Shown here: in pieces, positions 1-9,009 of the stretch
How positions within the stretch are numbered: the first letter of the stretch is position 1
Layout: each line of letters begins with the position of its first letter
Source of the DNA: a virus
Strand: one strand, 5' to 3'
Virus record (IMG/VR): IMGVR_UViG_3300035696_001556
Location: 32,001-96,000 of that record
Length of the DNA stretch: 64,000 bases
Notes under the pieces: model-generated
Databases searched by the model: none
Told to the model about the DNA's origin: nothing
What the model saw: the letters and a program-made list of their open reading frames with translations, nothing else
Made by a program: the position numbers and the translations under genes

Positions 1-2
1 TC

Positions 3-560
3 GTAGAAAACAATCTTTTCAAGCCAGTAGCCAAGAAAAAGGGATTCGAGGAAGAGGATAAGTTTGGCCGCAAGAAACTTCTTTATCCACATCTAAGTTT
101 TTCTCGTTTGGCTGTAAGGGATAACGATGCATTCTTCGACCAGGCCTTCAACATGTATAACAAAGGATCTCTTTCTAGTGACATCATTCTTGACTTGATG
201 AATATTGACGCTAATTCGAATAAGAAGAAATTGGAAGCCGATCTGTTTACGGTCAATGACTCCGCTTTCAACCAATTCTTGCAGGCCTTATACAATGCCG
301 TGGGACCTCTGATGGCTGAGAAATATGATTTGATTGAGAAACTCGGTGATTATCTAGACATACATCCTTTGCCTACGCCTCCTGGAGGTGAAGGTGGCGA
401 AGCTGGCGGGGCAGCTGGAGCCGGAGGACTTCCAGGTATGGGAAGATTTTCGACCGGTGGGCTCAATAAGAGTCAAGTAGCGGTTTTGAACAGACTTATC
501 AGTTCAGCTTTAAAGAACCCGCAGAAACTGGATAAGATAATCAAGTTTCTGAATGGCTAA
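3..560 (+). CDS. 3' part of probable portal protein (runs off the window start)
   Basis: Frame of ORF 108..560 is open back to nt 3 (VENNLFKPVAKKKGFEEEDKFGRKKLLYPHLSFSRLAVRD...). Lies upstream of protease-scaffold-capsid; Pro/Gly-rich tail. Confidence 0.5.
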   Translation, partial: VENNLFKPVAKKKGFEEEDKFGRKKLLYPHLSFSRLAVRDNDAFFDQAFNMYNKGSLSSDIILDLMNIDANSNKKKLEADLFTVNDSAFNQFLQALYNAVGPLMAEKYDLIEKLGDYLDIHPLPTPPGGEGGEAGGAAGAGGLPGMGRFSTGGLNKSQVAVLNRLISSALKNPQKLDKIIKFLNG

Positions 561-569
561 AGGCTAATA

Positions 570-932
570 ATGTTTAAATGTATTTCGCAATACGTGAGGA
601 GCATAGCTGCAGGTCTTTTGGAGGATGATACTCCTTCGGACAGGGATATTAAAGAAAAAAGGAAAGTTAAGGATCCTGCACAAAGGCTCGAGACCATTCA
701 AAACGAACCCGAAGAAAAATCCGAGACAGAAAACGAACCAGAAAAGCAAGCACTTCCGGATATCCAAACGAGAGATGAAAGGACTACCAAAAGGCCCTAT
801 ATAAAACCTCCTAGAAGATTGCCCCCATTTAAATCTGAATGGAAAGGCGAAGATTCCAGGGAAAAACGCAAAGAATATCAGAAGGAATACAGGGCTGAAC
901 ACGGCAGCGGATATTTTAGGAAAACAAAATAA
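570..932 (+). CDS. hypothetical charged protein, possible head-internal protein
   Basis: 120-aa ORF tightly packed in the + strand operon. Confidence 0.6.
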   Translation: MFKCISQYVRSIAAGLLEDDTPSDRDIKEKRKVKDPAQRLETIQNEPEEKSETENEPEKQALPDIQTRDERTTKRPYIKPPRRLPPFKSEWKGEDSREKRKEYQKEYRAEHGSGYFRKTK

Positions 933-942
933 GGAGTCGGTT

Positions 943-1260
943 ATGGGAAAGATACCAAGACCCTTGATTAAGCAGATAGAGAATTTCGATGAGATCATCA
1001 AAGCTCTAAATGGACTTATCGATGGTAAGATAAAGTTAGAGCACTATGATGATAAGTTTCTTGAAACTTTAGCAGATATCCGTAAAAAAGGATTAGAGCT
1101 GAGAGATGAGTTAGAGGTATTTAAGAACAAACTCGGTGTAGCGGTACAGGAAGAGTATGAAGCTGAACCAGAAGACCTAAGTTCAAGATTTGGATCAACA
1201 ACATCGGCAAAGAGTGTAATATCTTCATTTTTAACCAAAACAGTAGAATATAGATCTTAA
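943..1260 (+). CDS. hypothetical protein
   Basis: 105-aa ORF with AAGGAG RBS. Confidence 0.7.
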   Translation: MGKIPRPLIKQIENFDEIIKALNGLIDGKIKLEHYDDKFLETLADIRKKGLELRDELEVFKNKLGVAVQEEYEAEPEDLSSRFGSTTSAKSVISSFLTKTVEYRS

Positions 1261-1275
1261 TAACTTATTAATATT
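1258..1275 (+). promoter_or_regulatory. putative phage late promoter motif (TAATA-N6-TAATA)
   Basis: TAATAACTTATTAATATT; motif recurs about 15 times in intergenic regions. Confidence 0.6.
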
Positions 1276-1339
1276 GTTTCGAACTTTGTAGTATAAGCAC
1301 TTACTGGTGTTTGTGTATTGCTATCAATAAAGGATCACT

Positions 1340-2551
1340 ATGGCTAAAAAAGAAGAAAAGAAATCTGTTAAGCCTTCAGAAAAGAAAATGGTGAACAATA
1401 TCCTTTTGAAACATCCTGAAGTGCTGCACAGCGTTAGAAATCTGTTTAGAAACGAAAATGGTAGGACCATCGTTGAAGACAGAGTACCACGCGGTGATCC
1501 AGACCGTAAAGGCGTGGGACAACCGTTTTGTCAGGCTGATCTAACGGATCCTGATTTACGCAATCTAGCCAAATATGCTTCCGGTATCTTAGACGAACAC
1601 CTTCTCAAATACGACGAAAAAACGGCACACGAAGATGCGCTACATCGTGCTATAAATGAATTAGAGGGTGGAAAGTATGCCGGTAAAGTTAACACAAACA
1701 CTTTTAATTTGATTTTATCCACCATGGAGAAACGCAAGCCTAATCAACCAAGAAAAGCTAGTGATTATTCAGTATATCCAGAAAATACTTCCAATGAAGT
1801 TAAGGAGGATCCGATGTCCAGATCAGAAGAGATTAAAAGTTTAGAGGCAAAACTTGCCGGTCTTAAGAATCAGGAGACTATGGAGAGAATAGCTGATTTT
1901 ATAGTGAAGCAAACTCCTGAAGAGAGAGAAGTACTCAAGGCCATGATCAAAGCCGCTGCAGATCAAAACGATCCAAAGCGTTGGCAGAAGACCATGGATG
2001 CTATCGGCATGAAGGGTACTAAAGGCAAACAGGCTGCTGAAGAGTCCAAGGAAGACAAAGAAAAAGAAGAAAAGGCAGTAGAGAAAGCTACTGGAAAACC
2101 TCATGATGAAAGTGAGCCAGGTCACGAGGAAAAAGAGACAAAGAAGGAAAAAGAAATAGAGGAGAAGGCAGTTGGAGAGGAAGAGGGTCTTCAAAAAAAA
2201 GATAAGGCTAAAGGGGAAGAAAAAGATGCCTCGGCTGTAGTCAAGGAACTTGGAGAAATAGCCGGTGAACTAGAAGCTACAAAAGACTACGATCTCTTCA
2301 AAGTTGCATATCAGCTTGACCAGATTGCAGATGTTCTTGAAGGCAAGAAATCAGCTGCGACCCTGGACAGCGATCAGGATGAAAAATACATGAGGGAAGC
2401 TTTTCAGTGGACTGTATACAAGAAAGAGCCCGATGAAAAGTTTATGACTTCATTTGCGACAGATAAGACTCAAGAGATCTTCAAAGCCTATGAGAAACTA
2501 CCTTATGGGGTCGTAGATACTCCGCAAATGCAGGTTCCTAGTCTCAAGTAA
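1340..2551 (+). CDS. Lys/Glu-rich head-associated (core/scaffold-like) protein
   Basis: 403 aa, low-complexity KE tracts, many K-x-A sites, head module context. Confidence 0.55.
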   Translation: MAKKEEKKSVKPSEKKMVNNILLKHPEVLHSVRNLFRNENGRTIVEDRVPRGDPDRKGVGQPFCQADLTDPDLRNLAKYASGILDEHLLKYDEKTAHEDALHRAINELEGGKYAGKVNTNTFNLILSTMEKRKPNQPRKASDYSVYPENTSNEVKEDPMSRSEEIKSLEAKLAGLKNQETMERIADFIVKQTPEEREVLKAMIKAAADQNDPKRWQKTMDAIGMKGTKGKQAAEESKEDKEKEEKAVEKATGKPHDESEPGHEEKETKKEKEIEEKAVGEEEGLQKKDKAKGEEKDASAVVKELGEIAGELEATKDYDLFKVAYQLDQIADVLEGKKSAATLDSDQDEKYMREAFQWTVYKKEPDEKFMTSFATDKTQEIFKAYEKLPYGVVDTPQMQVPSLK

Positions 2552-2579
2552 TCTTGTAACTGTCGAGAGAGGTATTATC

Positions 2580-3143
2580 ATGCAGAACTATCCTCCGAAT
2601 AAATCTGCCGTAGCGACAACTTTCAAAATTGGTGACCCGGTTAAGTGGGTCATAAGCGAAACGCAGATTTCTCCTTATATCGGAGTAGTGACTGAGATAT
2701 GCCCGAATGTTAACAAACTTTGGATCGAATTCCCTATCGGGGGTAGCCAGCAGCTTTCTCCTGAAGATGTGATACTGGTACCCCCTGAACAAGGGATCCC
2801 CGTGATCCAGAGAGAGACAGGATACAGTAGCTTTGAAAAAGAAAGATCTAAACGTGACTATGGAGCTTTTGGATCCCCAAAGAACATAAAACTTGCCGAA
2901 GAGATCTTGGCAAAAAAGTTCAATATCGATGTAGACACTTATCGTTTCAGTAAAATGGCTGCTTCGATAGCCCGTAAATTTGCTACCGAAGTAGTGGAAA
3001 AAGTGGCCTCGGATATTTTAGGTTGTAAAGAGAGTGGTCTTACGGATATCCAAGCGTACCAAAGTATCTATAAAAGATATGCCTCGAAATGCTCCGATGG
3101 GTTTATAAAGCACGCTATTCAGAAGATCTATGAATTAAAATAA
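2580..3143 (+). CDS. hypothetical head-module protein with SH3/KOW-like N-terminal barrel
   Basis: FKIGDPVKW...YIGVVTEI...LWIEFP pattern; GAGGT RBS. Confidence 0.6.
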   Translation: MQNYPPNKSAVATTFKIGDPVKWVISETQISPYIGVVTEICPNVNKLWIEFPIGGSQQLSPEDVILVPPEQGIPVIQRETGYSSFEKERSKRDYGAFGSPKNIKLAEEILAKKFNIDVDTYRFSKMAASIARKFATEVVEKVASDILGCKESGLTDIQAYQSIYKRYASKCSDGFIKHAIQKIYELK

Positions 3144-3155
3144 GGTGTAATTTTT

Positions 3156-6074
3156 ATGGCAATGTATAGAAACGGATTCCATACTGCTGCTTTGGTAACA
3201 CCTATAGTAGATCCGTTTAAATGGGTAGAACAAAAAGTACCCGCCAGTAGAGTAAAAATAGCTCGTACTGCTATAGCTCATTATGACCCCTTCAGATGGC
3301 TTCTTAGCCATGCCACTATTATAGCCTCTGTTGATGTTGACTCTGCGGATTCCAAAGATAAAAAAAGCAACTATCTTATTAAACCCGAATATTCAGCTTT
3401 TGTAAATAATAATGGAGACTGTTGGGAAAGAGAGCTCCTGAAAGTTACCTACAAAACTTTCTTAGGTGCTGATAATTTTTGTTTTCCTGCTGGTACAAGA
3501 GTTTTGATGTCTGATGGAACATACAAGGCAATTGAACTTATTAAAGAAGGAGACAAAGTAATAAATCGTAAAGGTGAGATAGGAATAGTAACTAAAACTT
3601 TTACACGTGGAACAGAAGATTTAGTAGAACTCTCCGGTACTAATGTTTTATCCAGAAAGATATTTGCTACAGATAATCATCCTTTTTGGGTCTATAGAGC
3701 TCGTAAAACTTGCCCGAAAACAGGGAGGCCTAATCTTTTTGATAAGGACAAAGATTTTTGGCATCTTGATACTTGGAGAGGTTTTTCTGTTGGAGTTCAT
3801 ACAGATAAAGATGAAGAATATCCAAGTGGGTTGACCCCAGATTGGGTTAAAGCTTCCGAGATAGATTCAGATCATGAATTTTTCACCCATCCCATATCTT
3901 CTGTTGAAGTGTCAAACGAAGAAGTTAATATCAATAGAGCTGAATTAATAGGTTGGTTTTTGGCAGAAGGTTCGTATGATCAAAAAAACGTTTCTTCTGA
4001 GGAAGAATCAGGAGTGTCTTTTGCTTTAGGTAATGATGAGATAGATATAGCTAATAGATTATCAGAATTGTTAATTAAAGAGTTTGGAGATAATTTTAGG
4101 GCCGATTGCAAACCTAGAATATATGAAACTCAGTCTGGATCCTATACCCTTACCATAAGTAATAAAAAAGTTGCAGATTATTTTAAAAAATGGTGCGGTA
4201 AGTATGCCTGGGCTAAAAAGCTACCTGAAGAAGCTATGTGGCTTCCTAAAAACTTGCAGGCTGTAATTCTAAAGAATTGTATATGTGGAGATGGCTCTGG
4301 CGCGGTAGTTTCTAGAGGTTATTCTCTAGAAATGAAATCCCAAGCTTTAATACAACAGTTTAATTGGATATCTTGGAGATTAGGGTTACTTCCAACATAT
4401 AGAGAAACAGGTGTGCTCCCACGTTATACGGAATGTGAAATTGTCGACGGTTTTGAAATTTATTTAGATCCAAGTACTGGTAAAAAGTCAAGACCAGGAT
4501 ATTTGTTACGTTTTTCAACCAGAGATTCTAAAAAATTGAATGAAATAGTCGACATTGAAGATCTGTTGATGTCTGATAGACTGTCTAAAAAATATGCGCA
4601 TTCTTTTTATACCGAAGAAGGTAAATGGATCGTATCTAAAATAGACTATACTAAAGCAACAAAGCTTAGATGCACAGTCTATAATATCGAAGTGGAAGGG
4701 GATAACTCGTATGTTGTAGAGGGTGTTATAGTTCATAACTGTGAACACGTACAGATCCCAGAACTATCAAAAGGAAAAGTAATTGATGTTGCTTTAAGAG
4801 AAGTCCCAATAGGTAAAGATGTAAACGGTAAAGATATTAATACTTTGTATGTGGATATCCTTATAGCTACAAACAAAGATCATGTTGATTTAGTAGAAAA
4901 AATAAAAGATGGATCATACAATAGTGTGTCGATGGGTTGTTTAATTGCCTATAGTCAATGTTCCAAATGTGGCAGGATAGCTGCAGACGAAACTAAACTT
5001 TGCAACGACATTAAGTTTTATAAAAAAAATTATTTTTTTGACAAAAACGGAATTAAAAGGATTATAGCAGAGCTGTGCGGTAGGGCAGAAGATCCTGGTA
5101 GTTGTAAATTCATAGATGCATCTTGGGTAAGAAAACCAGCATTCGCAGGTGCAGTCCTTCGCAATTTAGTTGAGCCTTCCCCAGACATTTCCGAGAAGAT
5201 CACAAGATTTGTCAATGTGCCTTCATTTGAACCTCAGCCAGGTATGATTTTGAGAGCGGCTTCGGAAGCAGCTAGCTTGGTAAAAGAAATCAAAGCTCAA
5301 GATGAAAAGCCTCAGCCAGAAAAATCAGATTCTCCTCCAGTTCTTAAAGACCCAGCTGCTAAGGATCCGGCTGCTCCAGCAAAAGATGATACTGATTTCC
5401 CTGCAGGACCTGAGAGCGACACCCCATTGAAATTGGATGAGCCTCCAACAGAAGGTGCATCTCCAGGGACTCCGCCTGCGGAAGGTGCGGCTCCAGGAGC
5501 TCCTCCAGAAGGATCTCCGATGCCTCCGCCCGAGGGAGCACCAGCTGAACCTCAGATCCAAGAGCCTTCTGAAGATGCTACGGTAAAAGAAGTTGAGGAT
5601 ATGATGACGAAACAAATCCTCAACAAGATTAGGAGAAAGTTATTGAAAGATGAAGTACAACAGAAAATTCCTGAGAATGAAAGACCTATGGATAATACAT
5701 CCACAAACTCTACTTTTATCAAAGATGCCAACATTAGGGCAAAGTTAATTAAGTTGGCAAAGGATTCGGGGAATGAAAGATTACTGAACGGAATAATGAT
5801 ATTATCCAATATAAAGGATTGGAATAATTTCAAAAAATATGGTTACACGAAAAATGACGTAATAGGATTGTTGCACTTTGTGGACAAGAACATATCCGCG
5901 AATCCTATAGGGTCAGATGCTGTTATGGCTTTGTCTAGGATAAAAGCGGCAAGTGATGATCCTACAGCTTTTTTTACTGAGATGATTATAGAAACAGGTA
6001 GAAAACCTACAGTAAAAGAAGCTAAAAAGCTAATAAAGTGGGCTAAGATCATATCAAATTTTAAAGATGTCTAA
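3156..6074 (+). CDS. prohead (capsid maturation) protease, intein-containing, Pro-rich C-terminal extension
   Basis: After intein removal reads YKTFLGADNF-CEHVQ...KGKVIDV...SVSMGC...CSKCG...C, with candidate catalytic His and Ser; directly upstream of scaffold and capsid genes. Confidence 0.75.
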   Translation: MAMYRNGFHTAALVTPIVDPFKWVEQKVPASRVKIARTAIAHYDPFRWLLSHATIIASVDVDSADSKDKKSNYLIKPEYSAFVNNNGDCWERELLKVTYKTFLGADNFCFPAGTRVLMSDGTYKAIELIKEGDKVINRKGEIGIVTKTFTRGTEDLVELSGTNVLSRKIFATDNHPFWVYRARKTCPKTGRPNLFDKDKDFWHLDTWRGFSVGVHTDKDEEYPSGLTPDWVKASEIDSDHEFFTHPISSVEVSNEEVNINRAELIGWFLAEGSYDQKNVSSEEESGVSFALGNDEIDIANRLSELLIKEFGDNFRADCKPRIYETQSGSYTLTISNKKVADYFKKWCGKYAWAKKLPEEAMWLPKNLQAVILKNCICGDGSGAVVSRGYSLEMKSQALIQQFNWISWRLGLLPTYRETGVLPRYTECEIVDGFEIYLDPSTGKKSRPGYLLRFSTRDSKKLNEIVDIEDLLMSDRLSKKYAHSFYTEEGKWIVSKIDYTKATKLRCTVYNIEVEGDNSYVVEGVIVHNCEHVQIPELSKGKVIDVALREVPIGKDVNGKDINTLYVDILIATNKDHVDLVEKIKDGSYNSVSMGCLIAYSQCSKCGRIAADETKLCNDIKFYKKNYFFDKNGIKRIIAELCGRAEDPGSCKFIDASWVRKPAFAGAVLRNLVEPSPDISEKITRFVNVPSFEPQPGMILRAASEAASLVKEIKAQDEKPQPEKSDSPPVLKDPAAKDPAAPAKDDTDFPAGPESDTPLKLDEPPTEGASPGTPPAEGAAPGAPPEGSPMPPPEGAPAEPQIQEPSEDATVKEVEDMMTKQILNKIRRKLLKDEVQQKIPENERPMDNTSTNSTFIKDANIRAKLIKLAKDSGNERLLNGIMILSNIKDWNNFKKYGYTKNDVIGLLHFVDKNISANPIGSDAVMALSRIKAASDDPTAFFTEMIIETGRKPTVKEAKKLIKWAKIISNFKDV
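3480..4739 (+). mobile_element. intein (420 aa) with LAGLIDADG homing endonuclease
   Basis: Block A CFPAGT, block B TDNHPF, LAGLIDADG-like LIGWFLAEGS and CICGDGS, C-terminal VYNIEV...VIVHN followed by +1 Cys. Confidence 0.95.
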
Positions 6075-6085
6075 AGAAGATTTTG

Positions 6086-6103
6086 TAATACTCTATTAAT
6101 ATT
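6086..6103 (+). promoter_or_regulatory. putative late promoter motif
   Basis: TAATACTCTATTAATATT upstream of scaffold-decoration-capsid operon. Confidence 0.65.
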
Positions 6104-6166
6104 GATTTTTTAAGTGATTGTAAATTAGTCTTTGATTAGATATAAAAATTTACAGGAGGGTGCTAC

Positions 6167-7279
6167 ATGACGAGAGAACGCCTAACAAAAAGAGCTGCCG
6201 AAGCCATTGGTGACAAGGGCACAGGCATTATGAATGATCCGTATCAGGTTAACAATCCAGAGCACGAAAAGAACGACCCTAATTACAGCGAATATGCTAA
6301 GGGTGATCCTAGTGCTTGGGCCGAAGACGTTGTGACAGATCTTCCGGGTGGACCAAAAGACAAAAGAATTCCAGATCTACACGTTCCTGAGATCACAGCT
6401 AAGATGGCTGCAGAAGCTATTCAGGCTGGGCGTAAACTCGAAGAAAAAGCTGTGAAGTGCATTGTCGCCTCTCAGCGTATCCTTCCTGGAGCAGCCGATC
6501 CTGTTATCGAAAGCCAGGCTGCAGATCTTATGCATCTTCCGGACAACATGGTTGATTCTCTGCTAGGTCGTCAGGAAGAACTTGCAAACACTATCGCAAA
6601 AGCTGCTTCTGATTCTGCCGAGGAATCCAAAGAAGAGAAAAAAGAAGAAGGCGATAAGAAAGAAGAGAAGGATTCTGGAGAGATTCCTGAGGGTTTGAAG
6701 AAATTCCAGGAAGAGAAGAAAGAGGAAGGCAAGAAAGAAGACGATAAGAAAGAGGAGAAGGAAAAGGATTCAGCATCTGAATGCAAAGAAGAGAAGAAGG
6801 ACGAGGATAAGAAAGAAGAGAAGAAGGAAGAAAAAGATGCTGCCATGTCTCCTGAAGAGAAAAAGGCTTGGGGCGAGAAGATGAAGAAACTCAGAGATAA
6901 GAAAGCCGCCGTAGAAGCCGAAATAGCAGAACTTGAAAAGTCTTCAGCTTCAGAGGAAGATAAGAAGGAAGAGAAGAAGGAAGAGGACAAGAAGGAAGAG
7001 AAGGACGCAGGATCAGAGGAAAAGAAGGAAGAGGATAAGAAGGAAGATAAAGAAGCTGTTTGCAAAGAGGAGAAGGCAGAAGAGAAGGCAGAGGAAAAAG
7101 AGAAGGATGCTTCTCAGACTCTTCTCGATGATATCTTCTCAGGCGTTATCGCTTCCGATACCAAGAAAGGCGCAAAAAGCCTTAGTGGTCTGGTAAAGAA
7201 AGAAGCTTCGGAAACAAGTTCAGATCCTCTTAGCGGAGTATGGAGAACTGATCCGGACGTATCAGAATATTTCAAGTAA
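6167..7279 (+). CDS. capsid scaffolding protein
   Basis: 370 aa, long KEEK-rich coiled tracts, between protease and capsid genes, AGGAGG RBS. Confidence 0.7.
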   Translation: MTRERLTKRAAEAIGDKGTGIMNDPYQVNNPEHEKNDPNYSEYAKGDPSAWAEDVVTDLPGGPKDKRIPDLHVPEITAKMAAEAIQAGRKLEEKAVKCIVASQRILPGAADPVIESQAADLMHLPDNMVDSLLGRQEELANTIAKAASDSAEESKEEKKEEGDKKEEKDSGEIPEGLKKFQEEKKEEGKKEDDKKEEKEKDSASECKEEKKDEDKKEEKKEEKDAAMSPEEKKAWGEKMKKLRDKKAAVEAEIAELEKSSASEEDKKEEKKEEDKKEEKDAGSEEKKEEDKKEDKEAVCKEEKAEEKAEEKEKDASQTLLDDIFSGVIASDTKKGAKSLSGLVKKEASETSSDPLSGVWRTDPDVSEYFK

Positions 7280-7353
7280 TCGAGGGATACAGGTTATACC
7301 CGCCAATAAGTTTTGGATAGGGTGAGTTTCACAAATCTTAAGGAGGTTTTACC

Positions 7354-7917
7354 ATGATCGGTGAAGCATCAGGCATAGTCCCAGATAGAGGCATGAACAT
7401 ACTCTACCGTGTGACTTTAAACTCTCTGGGTAAACTGACAGATGCCGGTTTGACTCAGAACAACTACTCCAGCACACAGCAACTAGCAAACACCCGTTTG
7501 AGCACTTCGACTCCGAAGGGTATCCTTGCTGGTAGTGTCGTTGCAGTAGGAACAGTTAGCGGGACCATCGTTGCAGCTACTGGTGGAGTTACGGGTGCAG
7601 ATTCTAATACTCCAGTCGGTATTGCTGAGAACAACGCAGTGGGTTATCCTTATGAGTCCATGTCAGGTGTTGGCTCAGGAAAGGCCCCATATCTTGCAGG
7701 TTCCGGTTCAGTTTTCGCAACAGATCTTTACGAGACCGCAAATGTTAGTGGTTCAGCCTATTCAACCGGATTTGTTTCTGGTTGCTTGGTCTATGCTTCT
7801 GCAAACGGTCTATTGTGCCCGGTCGAGGACACAGGTCGCGGTGGCACGGTTATCGGTGTTTGTTTAACAGCTCCGTCAACAACGGATCCGTTCATGGTCG
7901 TCCAGATGAGGATATAA
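7354..7917 (+). CDS. capsid decoration/cement protein
   Basis: 187 aa, Gly/Thr/Val-rich, ends VYASANGLL...VIGVC as in head cement proteins; just before the capsid gene with near-identical RBS (TTAAGGAGGTTTT). Confidence 0.7.
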   Translation: MIGEASGIVPDRGMNILYRVTLNSLGKLTDAGLTQNNYSSTQQLANTRLSTSTPKGILAGSVVAVGTVSGTIVAATGGVTGADSNTPVGIAENNAVGYPYESMSGVGSGKAPYLAGSGSVFATDLYETANVSGSAYSTGFVSGCLVYASANGLLCPVEDTGRGGTVIGVCLTAPSTTDPFMVVQMRI

Positions 7918-8003
7918 CAGTTAGGGGGTTAACGCCCCCATCTGTTTTACTTTTGGGCACATGAAATTGGGTATTTACAAAAGTTTTTAAGGAGGTTTTT
8001 ACC

Positions 8004-8885
8004 ATGGCAGAGATGATCAGTAACGAAGTCAAGCAGCAATTGATAGGTGATTATATCAAGACAGCTGCTGGACGTGCTAAACTGGCTGCATCCATGATTC
8101 AACCTTTGCGTGCACGTAGAGACTATACCTCAGTAGCGCGTAAGGCTTTCTTGGTTGAGCAGCTTCCTGATGGCGCACTCCCAATCTACGACAAAGACCC
8201 GAACGTAACGGCCTTTGTTATCGGTGAGGAAGGCGAAAACGTTCTTGCGATTATCAAACCACGTAGGGTTATATTCCCGTTGTTTGAAATCGCGTCCAAC
8301 CCTGAAATTCCATTGACACAGGTCAAGGAAAGACGTTTCGATTTGATCGAGCGTGCTCAGGACTTGGCAAAGGCTCAGATTCAGGCCGCTGAAGATGCCA
8401 GAGCTTTTGATGTTATGGATGCAGTGGCCACGGTTGGTTTTGATAACCTTGGTGCAGCCTATACAAATGCTCAGGTCAATGCTACAGCTCCTATCAAGCC
8501 TGCAGATTTTATCGATGCGTTTGCTCGCATTGAGACTCACGATCTACGCGTAGCCCGCATTTTCATGAATGCTTTGGATTACGCCGATGTTCGTAAGTGG
8601 GGTAGGGACGTTCTGGACATCGAGTCTCAGGCCAGTCTGTTGAAGACCGGTTTGATGGCGACTGTTTGGGGCGCACAGCTCATCGTCACTCGTAAGGTAG
8701 ATCCGGGTTATGCCTACGTGTGTGCAGAGCCCGAGTTCTTCGGTCGTATTCCCGTGAGAACCGAACTTACGGTGCTTTCAGCAGATGATCCAAAGGCAAG
8801 ACGTATTGGATTCTCATGCTTTGAGAACCTTGGAATCGGTTGCCACAACCCGCTGGCAGTTACCAGAATCACAATCGCTCGTTAA
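8004..8885 (+). CDS. major capsid protein (HK97 fold)
   Basis: 293 aa; LAASMIQPL, FEIASNPEI, AQIQAAED, AEPEFFGRIPVR, GFSCFENLGIGCHNP resemble from memory the Bxz1-type/encapsulin-like capsid family; strong RBS; terminator follows. Confidence 0.9.
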   Translation: MAEMISNEVKQQLIGDYIKTAAGRAKLAASMIQPLRARRDYTSVARKAFLVEQLPDGALPIYDKDPNVTAFVIGEEGENVLAIIKPRRVIFPLFEIASNPEIPLTQVKERRFDLIERAQDLAKAQIQAAEDARAFDVMDAVATVGFDNLGAAYTNAQVNATAPIKPADFIDAFARIETHDLRVARIFMNALDYADVRKWGRDVLDIESQASLLKTGLMATVWGAQLIVTRKVDPGYAYVCAEPEFFGRIPVRTELTVLSADDPKARRIGFSCFENLGIGCHNPLAVTRITIAR

Positions 8886-8907
8886 GCAATTAACGGACAG
8901 ATTGAAG

Positions 8908-8940
8908 AAGGCTGGAGAGACACTCCGGCCTTTTTTATTT
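8908..8940 (+). terminator. intrinsic terminator after capsid gene
   Basis: AAGGCTGGAG-agaca-CTCCGGCCTT followed by a T tract. Confidence 0.85.
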
Positions 8941-8962
8941 ATTATCTTTATCCAAAAAATTC

Positions 8963-8991
8963 TTGCAAAAAATTAGTATTCATGGTATATT
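8963..8991 (+). promoter_or_regulatory. sigma70-type promoter for nuclease-methyltransferase gene
   Basis: TTGCAA-N17-TATATT with extended -10 TG; AGGAGG RBS downstream. Confidence 0.65.
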
Positions 8992-9009
8992 TAAGATAGG
9001 AGGTATTAT

